This document shows positions 1 to 11,122 of a stretch of DNA of 64,000 bases, in pieces (the first letter of the stretch is position 1; each line of letters starts with the position of its first letter). The stretch is taken from positions 7,260 to 71,259 of the forward strand of contig JBHGNT010000130.1 of assembly GCA_043228905.1 (NCBI GenBank), written 5' to 3'. Position numbers and translations under genes: made by a program. Under the pieces are notes generated by a model. That model was given only the letters and a program-made list of their open reading frames with translations. It did not search any database and was not told the DNA's origin. This stretch comes from Azolla caroliniana. Taxonomy: Eukaryota > Plantae > Polypodiophyta.

Positions 1-361
1 TTCTTCTGTTACAGTAAGTTATTCTATGGTTTTATCGTGTCTCTTGCGAGGTTTGTCATCCACGATAGGTTTATATGTTGTAAATCCACTTGTGGGAGAA
101 TCCCTTTCATACATGATTTGTTTATATACGCACAATGCAATGCATGTTATAAAAACTTAACTTTGCAAAACCCATTTTTAGTTGGCAGAAATGTAAGAGA
201 AAACAATATACATAATACTACATGAAAAGACACAAAGTCAAAGTAGAAGAAGAAATTATGTTCATAAATAGATCAAAGTAAATGGATAAGGAAAACTATT
301 CCTAAATGAATGGAACAGAGAGAGATAATGATGGCAATAGTGTTTGTCTTCGAAATGAACT

Positions 362-455
362 TATAAAAGCCACACGCAACTTATAAAAGAGCAGGTATGA
401 AGCTAACCTATGTATCAATAGCCAGAGAGAGAGAGAGAGGAAGAGAGAGAGGGGG
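362..455 (+). promoter_or_regulatory. Putative core promoter/5'UTR of CYP copy 1: two TATAAAA boxes and a GA-rich tract
   Basis: TATAAAA at 362-368 and 382-388; (GA)n at about 424-450 directly before the ATG at 456. The same sequence precedes copy 2 (about 41751-41844). Confidence 0.55.
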
Positions 456-2242
456 ATGGAAGAGTGGTGGTCATTATGGGCACTCCTATTTCTGGGCATC
501 CTGGGATGGGTGCTCGTATTGCAGTATGTCCACCAAACCAGCCTTCTAAACAGCATATGGAAGATGAAGAGGAGGAGCAGTCCTGAGCTCCTCCTTATAC
601 CTCCTCCTCTTCCATCACCTCCAGGGCGCTTACCTCTCCTAGGACATCTACACCACTTACTTTTGTCCGGAAAACCTCTACACCTATGGCTCCATCACCT
701 GTCCACACAATATGGCCCCATCCTCTCCTTCCAATTGGGCTCTATCCCCTTCCTCCTAGTCTCGTCTCCCGACATGGCCCGCCTCGTCTTGCATACCCAT
801 GACCTTACATTCGCTTCGCGCCCCTATTCTTCGGCATCCGCCGCTGCCCGATTTACCTACAACCGCAGTAGCCTTTCGTACACTCCATATGGCCCGTATT
901 GGCGCAAGGTAATATAAATTCTCACCAATAAGATCATGATCTCGTTTTTCCTTACTATAGAGAAAACGTGGGAATGTTTAATTTCTCATTGCAGGTGAAG
1001 GGGTTGTACATGACTAAGCTTTTCAATATGCAAAGATTGCAATGCTTCAAGCCAATTCGAATGGATGAGATGGTGGGTCTCATTCGTTCCGTGTGCGAGG
1101 ATGTCGCGATTGCTCAAAACATGCGCACAAAGTTACAAGTGTGGGCCTGCAATCTCATCTCCAGAATGACAATGGGAAAGAACCTCAATAACATTTCTAT
1201 GATCACCAAAGTGCATGGCCCGATGCTTCTGGAGGCTATCTGCAAATCATTGATCCTCATCGGCCGCCCTAATTTTAATGAACTTATGCCGTTTTTGAAA
1301 TGTCTCGACATACAAGATCTCGAACGGCGTACCAATGAATCATTTGAGAAGATCGACACCATATTTCAAAGAGTCATAGATGATCGGCGAAATATCGGCC
1401 CTCACGGTTATGAAAATGATATTCTCGACATTCTAATGGCCTTTCAAGGAGATAAGAATGCAATGTCTAATGGTATTAGTTCGGATGATGATATCATCAA
1501 AGCCATACTATGGGTAACTAACTATGTATATGGAGTTTCCTTCATTTCCTGTGTTTTCTTCATTTCAATTTATCAGAATAGTGATGGTAATATTTCTAAC
1601 TGGCAGGACTTGTTTACGGGTGGGATGGAAACATCCAGTGTAGTTGTGGAGTGGGGATTAGCCGAACTAATGCGGCACCCCGAAGTAACAAGGAGACTAC
1701 AAGACGAGCTGGATCGTGTCATTGGAAAGGATAGGCTGATGAGTGAAGAAGACATATCCAATCTTCCATACCTCCAAGCAACTGTGAAGGAGGTAATGAG
1801 GGTGCATCCTGTGGCACCATTGCTAGTCCCCCATGAATCAACGCAGGCATGTGAAGTTGCTGGATTCTATGTGCCGGAGAAGACCAGATTACTTGTGAGC
1901 AATTGGTCTCTCTCAATGGATCCCAACTCTTGGGAGGAGCCACAGGAGTTTCGGCCCCAACGATTTCTGAATTCGGACATAGATGTGAAAGGTCACCATT
2001 TCCAACTGTTGCCATTTGGGGCGGGCCGGCGAGCCTGCCCTGCCATGAATCTTGGCCTCCTCAATGTCCACCTCATCTTAGGTTCCTTGGTTCATTCCTT
2101 CGAATGGACATTACCCGTGGGCATCCAAGAAGTAGATATGAGCGAAACATTTGGCTTGTCACTCCACAAAACCAACCCTTTGGTTTTGGCAGCATCGCCA
2201 AGGTTATCTAAGGATGCATATGTATCCCCAACAAATCATTAG
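456..2242 (+). CDS. Cytochrome P450, CYP71 clan (A-type), 3 exons, 535 aa, copy 1
   Basis: Exons 456-908, 995-1513, 1607-2242; GT-AG phase-0 introns 909-994 and 1514-1606. N-terminal TM anchor, Pro-rich hinge PSPPGRLPLLGHLH, FASRP, I-helix GGMETS, ExxR (EVMR), PQRF, heme motif PFGAGRRACPA. Intron 2 lies at the conserved A-type position just before the I-helix. Confidence 0.95.
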
Positions 2243-2982
2243 ATGCATATTGAGAGGAGTTTAGATCCGAGGGTGTGACTAATAACGAAACTACTAAAGA
2301 ACATGTTATTGTGTATCGGGCAGTTCGTCACACATTCGACATCGCGTTTTCTGTAAAGGTGCATACAAAGGAGATAATCTTTGTCGAGGAGTGTACCTCT
2401 TTGTTTTCTAAACATTGTGGGGTGGAAATTGTGGAGTAGTTTAAAATTTAAGGTTAGAGCTCTAGGACACTACAAGGGACACATTTGACAAAAAGTTGGT
2501 AACTCCAAACATTTCAAATGTGACCAATGTTTCGTGTGCCATAGATACATAGAATTGTAAAAACATACATGTATACATACCTTCACGCACACACACACAC
2601 ACACATATCTATGCATATGCATCTACATATAAACATATCAGCGTACGACATACCTACCTACATACGTAACTGCATACATATGCATGCTTCTAATCACACA
2701 TGTTTCTTGGTAGTACCTTTTGGGCCAGGTTGAGATAGACCTTGGTGTTGGCCCCATTGATGAGCCCTAGTTTGTTTTGGGAATCTCTCTTAGTGGGGGA
2801 AAGAACATGGATTAAAGGTACCATACCTCCATATGAACATCACATCTTGAGCACCTAATTAAAACGCTTCAAGAAACATTCATATGAATGAAACGATGTT
2901 AAAACATTTGAATGAAATGTTGGATGCTTTGCCTTGACCACCACACTTGTCCAACTAGTAGCGAGGGATATATGTGGTTCCT

Positions 2983-3305
2983 TAGTAACACCATCCTATT
3001 CCAAATTGAATACTTCTTAATGTCCACAATTGACTTTATTCATTTAAAAATGAGTATCGTTCTAAATACAAAATGTTATAATGGCCAATCATAAACATGT
3101 AGCAAACCAACTAGATTTACCCTTAAAGCATTCCAATAAGATAGTAACACCATCCTATTCCAAATTGTATACTTCTTAATGTCCACAATTGACTTTATTC
3201 ATTTCAAAATGATTATCATTCTAAATACAAAATGTCATAAAGGCCAATCATAAACATGTAGCAAACCAACTAGATCTACCCTTAAAGCATTCCAATCAGA
3301 TAGTA
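2983..3305. repeat. 159-bp direct tandem duplication (2 units)
   Basis: Units 2983-3141 and 3142-3300 both begin TAGTAACACCATCC, with TAGTA again at 3301-3305. Also present at 44372-44694. Confidence 0.9.
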
Positions 3306-4674
3306 CTGGAAATCTTGAAGTCCTAGAATATTCAAAACTTTGTGCATGTCATGCGTATATGTATATTTGTTCACCTATTTAACAAATATTATAAAAATCT
3401 CGAACCATAATATGTAAAGTCGTTTTTTAAAACGGCTTAAACCGTGCACTATTAAGCTAACGAAGGTTCATACCAAACCAAATCACCTTAGACCCCTCAA
3501 ACCACATCGAATTATTTATTTTGTTTTCCAACTTGATTTGAAACAAACCCAACCATTTAAACCATTAAGCTGTTAAGCCACACTTTACGGGATTCATTTT
3601 GCTCAAAGTTGAACCATTGCTAATTGTTATAAAGACATGTATCTTAATTTGACATCATTGTTTTGTCCAAAAGAACCTCTTTTATTGTTTAGTTAAAATA
3701 AGATAACCATCAGATTTTTTAATTGATCTCAAAAATAAATAGTTACAAGAACTCACTCAAAAAAAAATTCGGCTCTACAACTCACACTCTTCTATTCATG
3801 ATCACGTTCACAATGAATATGTTGGATAAGAACATGATAAGGAATTATCATTATTTTCTCTTGAGTGTTTGATCGGATCGTCAACTAGATCTAGGCACAT
3901 GCACTCCTCATGTTCGACCTTCCTAACGTCATTCATTCTATGCTTTACTTAAAATGCAGAAGTGGTGTGGGTGAAAGCAAGCTATAGTGTACTCACTTTT
4001 GGCCAAATTTCTAGTACTTATTTGTTGAATCTAAAAAGCATATAAACTTTAAATTAATCCAAGATTTAGGAATAAAAAGTTGATCATCACTTCTCCTAAA
4101 GTTAAAAGTCACATTTAATGAGATTTTTTCTTTCAAATAAAAATACACTCACACACATCGGTTTACTCTTATGTGTGTGCCCATGTTTCCCCCATAGTCC
4201 AATCATGTGCATCTAAGGTTGTTAGTGCATATGTCGTGGTACAGTTGTATGGAATTATTATCACTAAAAAGATCTCTCTCTCTCTCTCATTTGGTGAAAA
4301 CACACAATTATATTAATAAATGTGTGTGGAAACATTACTTACAATGGGTGTGACAATGGAATATCATCACCCACTAACTACACTACATGTGTAGTGGAAG
4401 ATGTTGAATTGCCAATAGGCAAGACGAACAATCCACTGAGGAAAGAATTTCCACTTGCTCCAATAAAGAAAATTGCCACGTTAGTACTCCCTTCAACTTT
4501 TGTAGATATGCTTTCACTCCATGTCTACCATTGAATACAAAAGTGTTGCGCATATTCCAATTATCACACAATCCCCAATATCTCAGAAATAGAAAAACGA
4601 TCTCCATCTCTTATTTTGGATCAACCTGTGTAAATTGTGCAAACACCGACTATCTAGGTGTCAAATAACACCGT

Positions 4675-5477
4675 TGTCGTGCCTTTCGGCTCCGGATCGT
4701 TGCGTGAGTCGGGTGGGAACCACAGAGGTCTTGGACTAGGAGAAAGAAGTTCGTGAGATAGAGATTAATTATGAATAAATAGCGAAGAGAAAGATAAGAA
4801 AAATCGTGAATCACACGAGTATACTATATTAATTGGTACTTAGGGTGTTAAGAGAGAAGTAGATGTATAAATCGTGAATCCCACGAATAATTTTTGTATT
4901 GATTAATACTTAATCCAAATAATCAACAACCCTTTACATATTTCTCTCCTCCTTATATAAGGAAGGAAGAGCTAAGCATGGCTTCATGCTTTTTTTTTTT
5001 TACAAAAAGTGTTCATGTCCACTAAATGTGCATGTGATGCTTTTTTATTTCCTAAGTATAGGGCTCATGCACGCTAGATGTGCATGAGTTATTTTTTGTG
5101 TCTCGTCTTTTTCATATATTAAAAAAATACACGATTTACCTTTTAATAAAGGTATGCATAAATAAAGGTCTTATACATATTAAATCTATATTTAAAACAC
5201 TTAAGATAATTTAATGTAATGGTAAGGTTGGGGTTTGTCAACGTGGAGGTGTAGAGTTTGAATCACGCCCTGCGCAGTAGTGAGTATTTCCTTTTTTTAC
5301 ATTTATGTCTCTATGCCGTTTTTCCTCCTTGCCGGTATGCCGTTTTCTTCCTTGCCGGTATGCCGTTTTCCTCCTTGCCAGTATGCCGTTTTCTTCCGGT
5401 TCTCACCGAGCACTCCATTCTCTATCCGGAGGGACAAAAATATAATTTCCACATAGTGTGCAACCTACACTACGACA
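4675..5477 (-). repeat. 3' LTR (803 bp)
   Basis: Matches 11145-11970 at offset 6470 with about 4 substitutions seen by eye and one fewer 23-bp tandem unit. Confidence 0.95.
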
Positions 5478-8400
5478 CTCGCCCCCTCCAAACCCGCACA
5501 TCCTCCGGTATGTGCCGAAGTTCTTGATTCTTCGTATCCGTCTTCATCCGAAGCTTCCTCCGATTCTCCCCTTATGTCGACTATGAGTTGTAATCCACTT
5601 TCTTCGCTTCCCGCATCATTGTGGTCTTCGTCCGATTGCTCCTCGTTGTCGGCCTCGACTTGGATCACATAAGGTTTGTCGTCGGTCCGCTTCTTGAAAA
5701 TCTTCACCCGCTTCCCGGCTATAGGCACTCGTAGTATTGTTCCATCCAACTCGGACAGTCGGTACGTCCCGTTGTCGAAGACCTTCCGAACCTCGTACGG
5801 CCCGAACCACCTTTTCGCGAATTTCCGCATCGTTGTATGTTGATGGTCCAAGCTACTATCATAGACGATCACCCAATCTCCTTCTTCAATCCTCCTCGGT
5901 CGTAGTCGGTGCTTTGTGTCGAACCGGCTTTTGTTCCGGAACCGTGCTTCTTGTTGTCGGCGTGACGCTTCCGCTACATCTTTCGGTCTTCCCTCCAGTT
6001 GTCGTATCCGGACCGCTAGTAGTTCTTCCCGGCTCATCTCTTCCTTCCACGGTAGTATTGTCCATGTCGCGATTGCGGTTTCCGTTGGCATTACCGGTGC
6101 TTGTCCGGTCATGAGTTCTGCCGGCATGTAACCGGTCACGGTGCTATGCGTCGTCCGATCCGCCCATAGTGCATACGGAAGCATTTGTGGCCAATCCTTC
6201 ACCCTTCCGTCGCATGCCTTCGCAAGTGCTTTCACGATCGGACTATGTCCTCGTTCGATCTTCCCGTTGGCCTCCGGATTGTAGGCCGTTGTCAACGTTA
6301 ACCGAACTCCATGTTTGGCGAAGAATTCCCTAGCTTTGTCCGAGTCGAGTTCTCCCCGGTCCGCAATCACTTGTCCTACGCAGCCGTACCTACAAAACAC
6401 TTCTTCCAAAAGAAATTGGCACACCGCGGCACACGTTTTCCTCCGAAGCGCTCGACCTTCAACTTGGTTTGTGAGATCTTCTCGAGCTAACACCAAGTAT
6501 TTCTTTTGTCCAATCCCGGTCGGCATAGCTACAATGTCGACCATCCACTTGAAGTTGATTGTCGGTGAGAATGTCGGATGCAGCTCATCTCGGTGTCGGA
6601 CCCCGGAGTAGACTTGACATTTCTCGCAGCTTTCTGTGAACTCCGCGACATCTTTATACATGTTCTTCCACCAATATCTTTGCTTGATTTTCACAAAAGT
6701 TGCCCATGTTCCTCGATGTCCAGCCCAATCGGATTCGTGGAACTCAGACATTATCCGGTTTCGTTGTTCTTTCATCCCGACTACTCGAAGTGGTATCCCA
6801 TCCGGTCTTTTCGGCGTCCTCCATATTAAACCGTTTTCCAAGAAGAACTTTTGGACTTGCCTCTTCTTCCTTCGGATCTCGGCTCTCCTTTCTTTATCAT
6901 TGGTTGAATCCTCGACCTCTTGTAGCATCTTCCCGATCATCAAGGTTTCCCCCTCGTATTCTTCTTCCCGGAATTCTCGGATCACGTTCACTCGGCATAT
7001 GTGTTCTGACGTGAAGTAGTCTTCGGAAACTTCTTCATTATCTGATTCGGTTATGTCGTCTTCAAACCGCGCCCTCGATAACATGTCCGCTACCGCGTTG
7101 TCCTTCCCCGAGATGTGTCGAACCTCCGGATTAAGTGACTTGACATATGCAATCCACCTTAGCATAGCCACATCCGGTATCGTACAACACCGCATCATCC
7201 CGAGTATCGGAAGACAATCCGTCTCGATCACCACTTCAGCTCCGATCAAATAATCCCGATCCGATTTTATCGCCGACACGACTCCCCACAATTCTCTTTT
7301 GATTTGTGCATATCCGCGTTGCCTTTCGTTGAGGACCTTTGCTCCAAATCGAATCGGATACCGCGAACCATCCGAGTCGGCTTGATTGATGACCCACCCG
7401 ATACCGGTTGGACTTGTATCAACCGTTACTATGATTGGCCGCTCGTAGCTTGGCTTCTTAAGTGATTCCGCCCTCCATAGTGTCTTCTTGAGCTTCCTCA
7501 TGGCTTTAGTGTGTTCCGGTTTCCACTCGAATGTCTTACCTTTCCGCAACAAGTGATAGAGCGGGTCCGCTATATGTGCATAGTGCGGAATCCATATGTG
7601 ATAGAATGCACACACACCTAGAAACCTTCGGACTTCCGATGTTGACTCACATACTTCCTTCATAGCTTGAATCGCATCGATCTTTGTTGGTGACGGTCTT
7701 CGGCCGTAGGGTCCACATAGATGTCCGACCACCAATATTTCTTCTTGCCCGAATGCCGATTTCTCCCCGGAAAGTGTTAGGTGCACATCTTCTAGCTTTC
7801 GCAACACTTTCTCGCAATCATGAATATGGTCGACCACGAACTTTCGGCATCCCCGATCATCCATAGTCTCATCTTTTTCTTCCACCGCGCATCCTTTCAT
7901 CGGAATGTCATCTAGAAACGGCATCGTTATCTCCGGGATGCAATCTCGAAGCACCTTGTTCATCGCGTTCATCATATGTGCAACCGAGTTTGTCACTCGT
8001 TGTGGTAGTGTGCACATTCGAACTAGTCCTATCGGTGTCCGCATGGTAGTGATGTCTCGGCTCTCCACGGCTAGTTGGAATTGGTCATACCCCGAGTATA
8101 GGTCCCCGATGGAGTATATCGCACGTCCGGCAAAAGCTTCCGCGAATTCGTCCACTATCGGACTGACTCCCGAGTTCCGGATCGTGACCTTGTTCACCGG
8201 TTGCAAGTCTTGGATGAATCGGAGTGACCCATTCTTCTTCGGAACCGTAAACCATCGATTTGAGTACGGAGCACTTGATGGCTCTAGAATCCCCATCGCC
8301 ACCTTCTCCTTGAGCAAGTCGATGACTTTCGGAATATGCGCCCGTGGCACCGGAATCGGCTTCAGGTTCCACGGTACATGATCAATCGTGAAAATCACCA

Positions 8401-9076
8401 TCGGCTCCACTATCTTTGGATCAATGCATCCGATCTCCCTCGATGTGAACGCGAATGATTTGCCATGTTGCTCCAACATCTCTCGAAACCGTTTTTCTTC
8501 TTCTTGTAAGAGGAACCCACCTCCACCGATCCGAAGTTTCTTCCGGGTCTCATCTGTGAAGGCATGTCCGATATCCACGGACTTCCGAAGTGTCGGATCT
8601 CCCGAGACTTCTTTCTTCTTTTGTTCGCTATCGGCGGGTAGTGGTCCCGCGGCCGGTTTTACCTTCTTCTCCACGGTCTTGTATTTCGTACTTACCATTG
8701 CTTCTTCTTTGCGGAGCGCATCCGGCCCCATTTTCGCAACGATCTCGTACATCTCGACCGATTCCACCGGGACTACCCGGTTCCCTTGGCTTTTATCTTC
8801 CGCAAGCTCTTCAAGCCGTTGTAGTGTATTCCCATAGAACACTTCCTCGATCACTCCCACGATTTCTTCGTCTTCTTTTATTATTGATGCCGACCGTAAC
8901 TTATCCTCCACTTGTCGGTATTGTTTCTTCATTCCTTCGGTTACGGCCGTGTACGTAGATGCCCCATCCGGGCCGATTCGTACTTGTTTTGCTCCGAGAC
9001 TTTTCTTCCTGTGTGGGGTATCAGGGCTTCTCGGACTATCACTTCCCCACTCCGCAACAGTCCGCTTTAAAAATCC
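5465..9076 (-). CDS. pol: pol (RT-RNase H-integrase), probably reached by -1 frameshift from gag-pro
   Basis: 1155-aa ORF from 8932; the frame stays open upstream past the gag stop. RT motifs DLYSGYDQ and FLDD; RNase H VDTS/ELWG/TDC/VADMLSR; integrase HHCC plus D-D-E (VDIV, ADRG, NGKIER); no chromodomain. Confidence 0.93.
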   Translation of the reverse strand, partial: GFLKRTVAEWGSDSPRSPDTPHRKKSLGAKQVRIGPDGASTYTAVTEGMKKQYRQVEDKLRSASIIKEDEEIVGVIEEVFYGNTLQRLEELAEDKSQGNRVVPVESVEMYEIVAKMGPDALRKEEAMVSTKYKTVEKKVKPAAGPLPADSEQKKKEVSGDPTLRKSVDIGHAFTDETRKKLRIGGGGFLLQEEEKRFREMLEQHGKSFAFTSREIGCIDPKIVEPMVIFTIDHVPWNLKPIPVPRAHIPKVIDLLKEKVAMGILEPSSAPYSNRWFTVPKKNGSLRFIQDLQPVNKVTIRNSGVSPIVDEFAEAFAGRAIYSIGDLYSGYDQFQLAVESRDITTMRTPIGLVRMCTLPQRVTNSVAHMMNAMNKVLRDCIPEITMPFLDDIPMKGCAVEEKDETMDDRGCRKFVVDHIHDCEKVLRKLEDVHLTLSGEKSAFGQEEILVVGHLCGPYGRRPSPTKIDAIQAMKEVCESTSEVRRFLGVCAFYHIWIPHYAHIADPLYHLLRKGKTFEWKPEHTKAMRKLKKTLWRAESLKKPSYERPIIVTVDTSPTGIGWVINQADSDGSRYPIRFGAKVLNERQRGYAQIKRELWGVVSAIKSDRDYLIGAEVVIETDCLPILGMMRCCTIPDVAMLRWIAYVKSLNPEVRHISGKDNAVADMLSRARFEDDITESDNEEVSEDYFTSEHICRVNVIREFREEEYEGETLMIGKMLQEVEDSTNDKERRAEIRRKKRQVQKFFLENGLIWRTPKRPDGIPLRVVGMKEQRNRIMSEFHESDWAGHRGTWATFVKIKQRYWWKNMYKDVAEFTESCEKCQVYSGVRHRDELHPTFSPTINFKWMVDIVAMPTGIGQKKYLVLAREDLTNQVEGRALRRKTCAAVCQFLLEEVFCRYGCVGQVIADRGELDSDKAREFFAKHGVRLTLTTAYNPEANGKIERGHSPIVKALAKACDGRVKDWPQMLPYALWADRTTHSTVTGYMPAELMTGQAPVMPTETAIATWTILPWKEEMSREELLAVRIRQLEGRPKDVAEASRRQQEARFRNKSRFDTKHRLRPRRIEEGDWVIVYDSSLDHQHTTMRKFAKRWFGPYEVRKVFDNGTYRLSELDGTILRVPIAGKRVKIFKKRTDDKPYVIQVEADNEEQSDEDHNDAGSEESGLQLIVDIRGESEEASDEDGYEESRTSAHTGGCAGLEGASVVV
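5478..5489 (-). other. Polypurine tract
   Basis: Minus strand GGAGGGGGCGAG directly abuts the 3' LTR. Confidence 0.85.
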
Positions 9077-11106
9077 ATTCTCACTTGGGACAAGAGTTCC
9101 CTCTTGTTCCTTTCGTGATTTGCTGGCACCGTTAGGAATTGGACGGATTTCCCTCCGTTTTGGCTCCGAATTCGCGCAAAAGCCGCACCACTATCGAGCA
9201 CCTTCGTCTCCATCCGTGAAGCCGTGATAAAGGGTTGGCCGAGGATGACAGAATGTGAAACCTCATCCTGCACAAAGAAATTTTGGTCAATTTCGACATC
9301 CCCGATCTTTACCGTCACATCCGGACAAGCCGCAAATAGGTCTTCTGTCGTTTTCGTGGCTGCCCGAATCTTCCATCCATGGTTGGTGTTTATAGGCCAC
9401 TTCCCCTTTCGGTAGAACTCCTTGGACATCAAGTTGATCTCCGATCCGTGATCAATCAATGCTAGCACGGGTTCTTTGATGTTGCCGATTCGGACCGGAG
9501 TCTCCGTAGTCGCACGTGCCCAGTGTGGCCTTGTATAGTGGGAGTTCGGAATTTCGCCTTCCACTTCGGTGTCGTTCATTGAAACGGTATTTGCATTCAC
9601 CCTTGGAGCATTTTCCTCCGTACTTTGTCTCTTCCTTTTCACGAGATCCACGAGAAGATCGTGAAACTCCTTCTTCGCTATTCTGAGTAGTTCCCGCAGC
9701 GAAAAATCTACCCGGCTATCCAAGATTCTTTCCTCGAACACTCTTTTCAAGTCGGTTTGTTGTTCTTTGTCCGAGGCGAGCTTGAATGCCGGAGTCGCCT
9801 TTTCTTTTCCCTTACCTCCGGAGTTCCAGCTTTCCGGTATCTTCGATGGTCCGGCCGCATCCTCCGTGCGCCGTCGTTTCTCGTCCACATACACCTCATG
9901 TAATTGACACAGGGCGTATATGCTATTCTTGTCGACAGGGCACTCCCATCCCGTAGCTTCCCGGACGCCTTCCGCGGTGTTTCGGATATCGTTGGAGTCG
10001 GTTTTCTCGGTGTTTCCTAGCACCTCCGGCCAGAAAGACGCCTTCGCTCCCGTTGACTCCCCGACACATATTCCCGCGGTTGTCGCATAGTTGCTTCTTG
10101 CCGCTAACTCCTCCTCGAGCCCCTTCTTCATGCCGCCTTTCCGGAAGTTCGGTTGGAGTGGCTTCCGAGAGTCCATCGAATGAATCCGGTTTCCCTCGTA
10201 GTAGATGAGATCCCGTCGTAGCGCCTCCTTATGGTCGTCGCAATCCCTCCAATCGTGTTCGGCGCTATCGCACCATATGCACCGTCGATCCGTATATTTG
10301 GAGCTTGTGGGGCGGTCATCCGACTTCTTCACCATCGCGATCTTTAGATTCTCCATCTCCTTCAGCAGCTGCTCCACCGTAGACGCGTCGACTCCCTTCT
10401 CGGCCGTAATCTCCCGAGCCCTCGGTTGATGGTCTTCCAGTCCCGTTCTCGGTTTCGGAATCGGTTCCGAAACCCTCTTTTCTTCGTTGGCAAGCCATTG
10501 CCCCCTCTTCGTGTACCGCGCAACGATATCCCGCACGCTTTCCCATGTTTCAGTGAGGCCGCTTTCGGTGGTCGTGTCCTCAAGAAGCACTCCAAGATCT
10601 TTCCGGTCCCGGACGTCCACAGCTCGCAAAAACATGATGACTTTGTCCGGTGCAAGAATAGTTTGATCTCTAGCGGACAACCTCCCGAACCGACTTTCGA
10701 ATGTCGAAAACACTTCGAGGACCTTCAGCCCCTTACCTGACGTTTCCACCCAATCCTCGAATCCCCTCCGCGTTGCCTTGGAGGAGTCCTCGATGGCAAA
10801 CGTGGTCTTTAACGCCTCTTCGAATGCTTCCCACGTCGGATTTTGTTGTTGCAACCCGTGGATACTCCCTTGAAGCCCGTCGGTCGCCACCCGGTTAAAG
10901 GATGTCACTTGCAGTCCTTCCGAAGCCCGGCACCGGAGCATCTCCGCCTTGTAGTCCTGCAAATATCGCGACACATCCTTACCATTAAATTGCCCGTTGC
11001 GTTGCACGAGCCGCTCTACTGATGCCGAAATCTCCGACATCGTGCGTTGTTCTTGAAGCATCCGTTCGAACATCGCCATCATATTGTTAGCTTGTTGAGC
11101 CTCCAT
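9067..11106 (-). CDS. gag: gag-protease polyprotein
   Basis: First ATG after the PBS is at 11106 (the ORF track starts at a GTG inside the LTR). Zinc knuckle CIWCDSAEHDWRDC; aspartic protease ALIDHGSEINLM...ILGQPF; ends MDF-stop. Confidence 0.9.
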   Translation of the reverse strand: MEAQQANNMMAMFERMLQEQRTMSEISASVERLVQRNGQFNGKDVSRYLQDYKAEMLRCRASEGLQVTSFNRVATDGLQGSIHGLQQQNPTWEAFEEALKTTFAIEDSSKATRRGFEDWVETSGKGLKVLEVFSTFESRFGRLSARDQTILAPDKVIMFLRAVDVRDRKDLGVLLEDTTTESGLTETWESVRDIVARYTKRGQWLANEEKRVSEPIPKPRTGLEDHQPRAREITAEKGVDASTVEQLLKEMENLKIAMVKKSDDRPTSSKYTDRRCIWCDSAEHDWRDCDDHKEALRRDLIYYEGNRIHSMDSRKPLQPNFRKGGMKKGLEEELAARSNYATTAGICVGESTGAKASFWPEVLGNTEKTDSNDIRNTAEGVREATGWECPVDKNSIYALCQLHEVYVDEKRRRTEDAAGPSKIPESWNSGGKGKEKATPAFKLASDKEQQTDLKRVFEERILDSRVDFSLRELLRIAKKEFHDLLVDLVKRKRQSTEENAPRVNANTVSMNDTEVEGEIPNSHYTRPHWARATTETPVRIGNIKEPVLALIDHGSEINLMSKEFYRKGKWPINTNHGWKIRAATKTTEDLFAACPDVTVKIGDVEIDQNFFVQDEVSHSVILGQPFITASRMETKVLDSGAAFARIRSQNGGKSVQFLTVPANHERNKRELLSQVRMDF

Positions 11107-11122
11107 CTCCTTGCCACCCGTC

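Noticed and set aside
37-225. Small ORF repeated at 39108-39389 and 41351-41614
   Set aside because: No ATG start or domain, and the frame is not conserved in the diverged copy; it is duplicated promoter DNA.
968-2242. 424-aa ORF as a separate protein, and an S/C difference between copies
   Set aside because: The ORF starts in intron 1 and reads through intron 2; the S/C change is intronic.
2711-2823. Possible 113-bp MITE (TAGTACCTTT...AAAGGTACCA)
   Set aside because: Only a 10-bp imperfect inverted repeat, no TSD, and no independent copy in the window.
5312-5400. 23-bp direct repeats as a possible CRISPR array
   Set aside because: Head-to-tail units with no spacers, inside an LTR of a eukaryotic retrotransposon; no cas genes.
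5737-10898. Many plus-strand ORFs within the gypsy element
   Set aside because: Antisense shadows of GC-rich gag/pol with no recognisable motifs.
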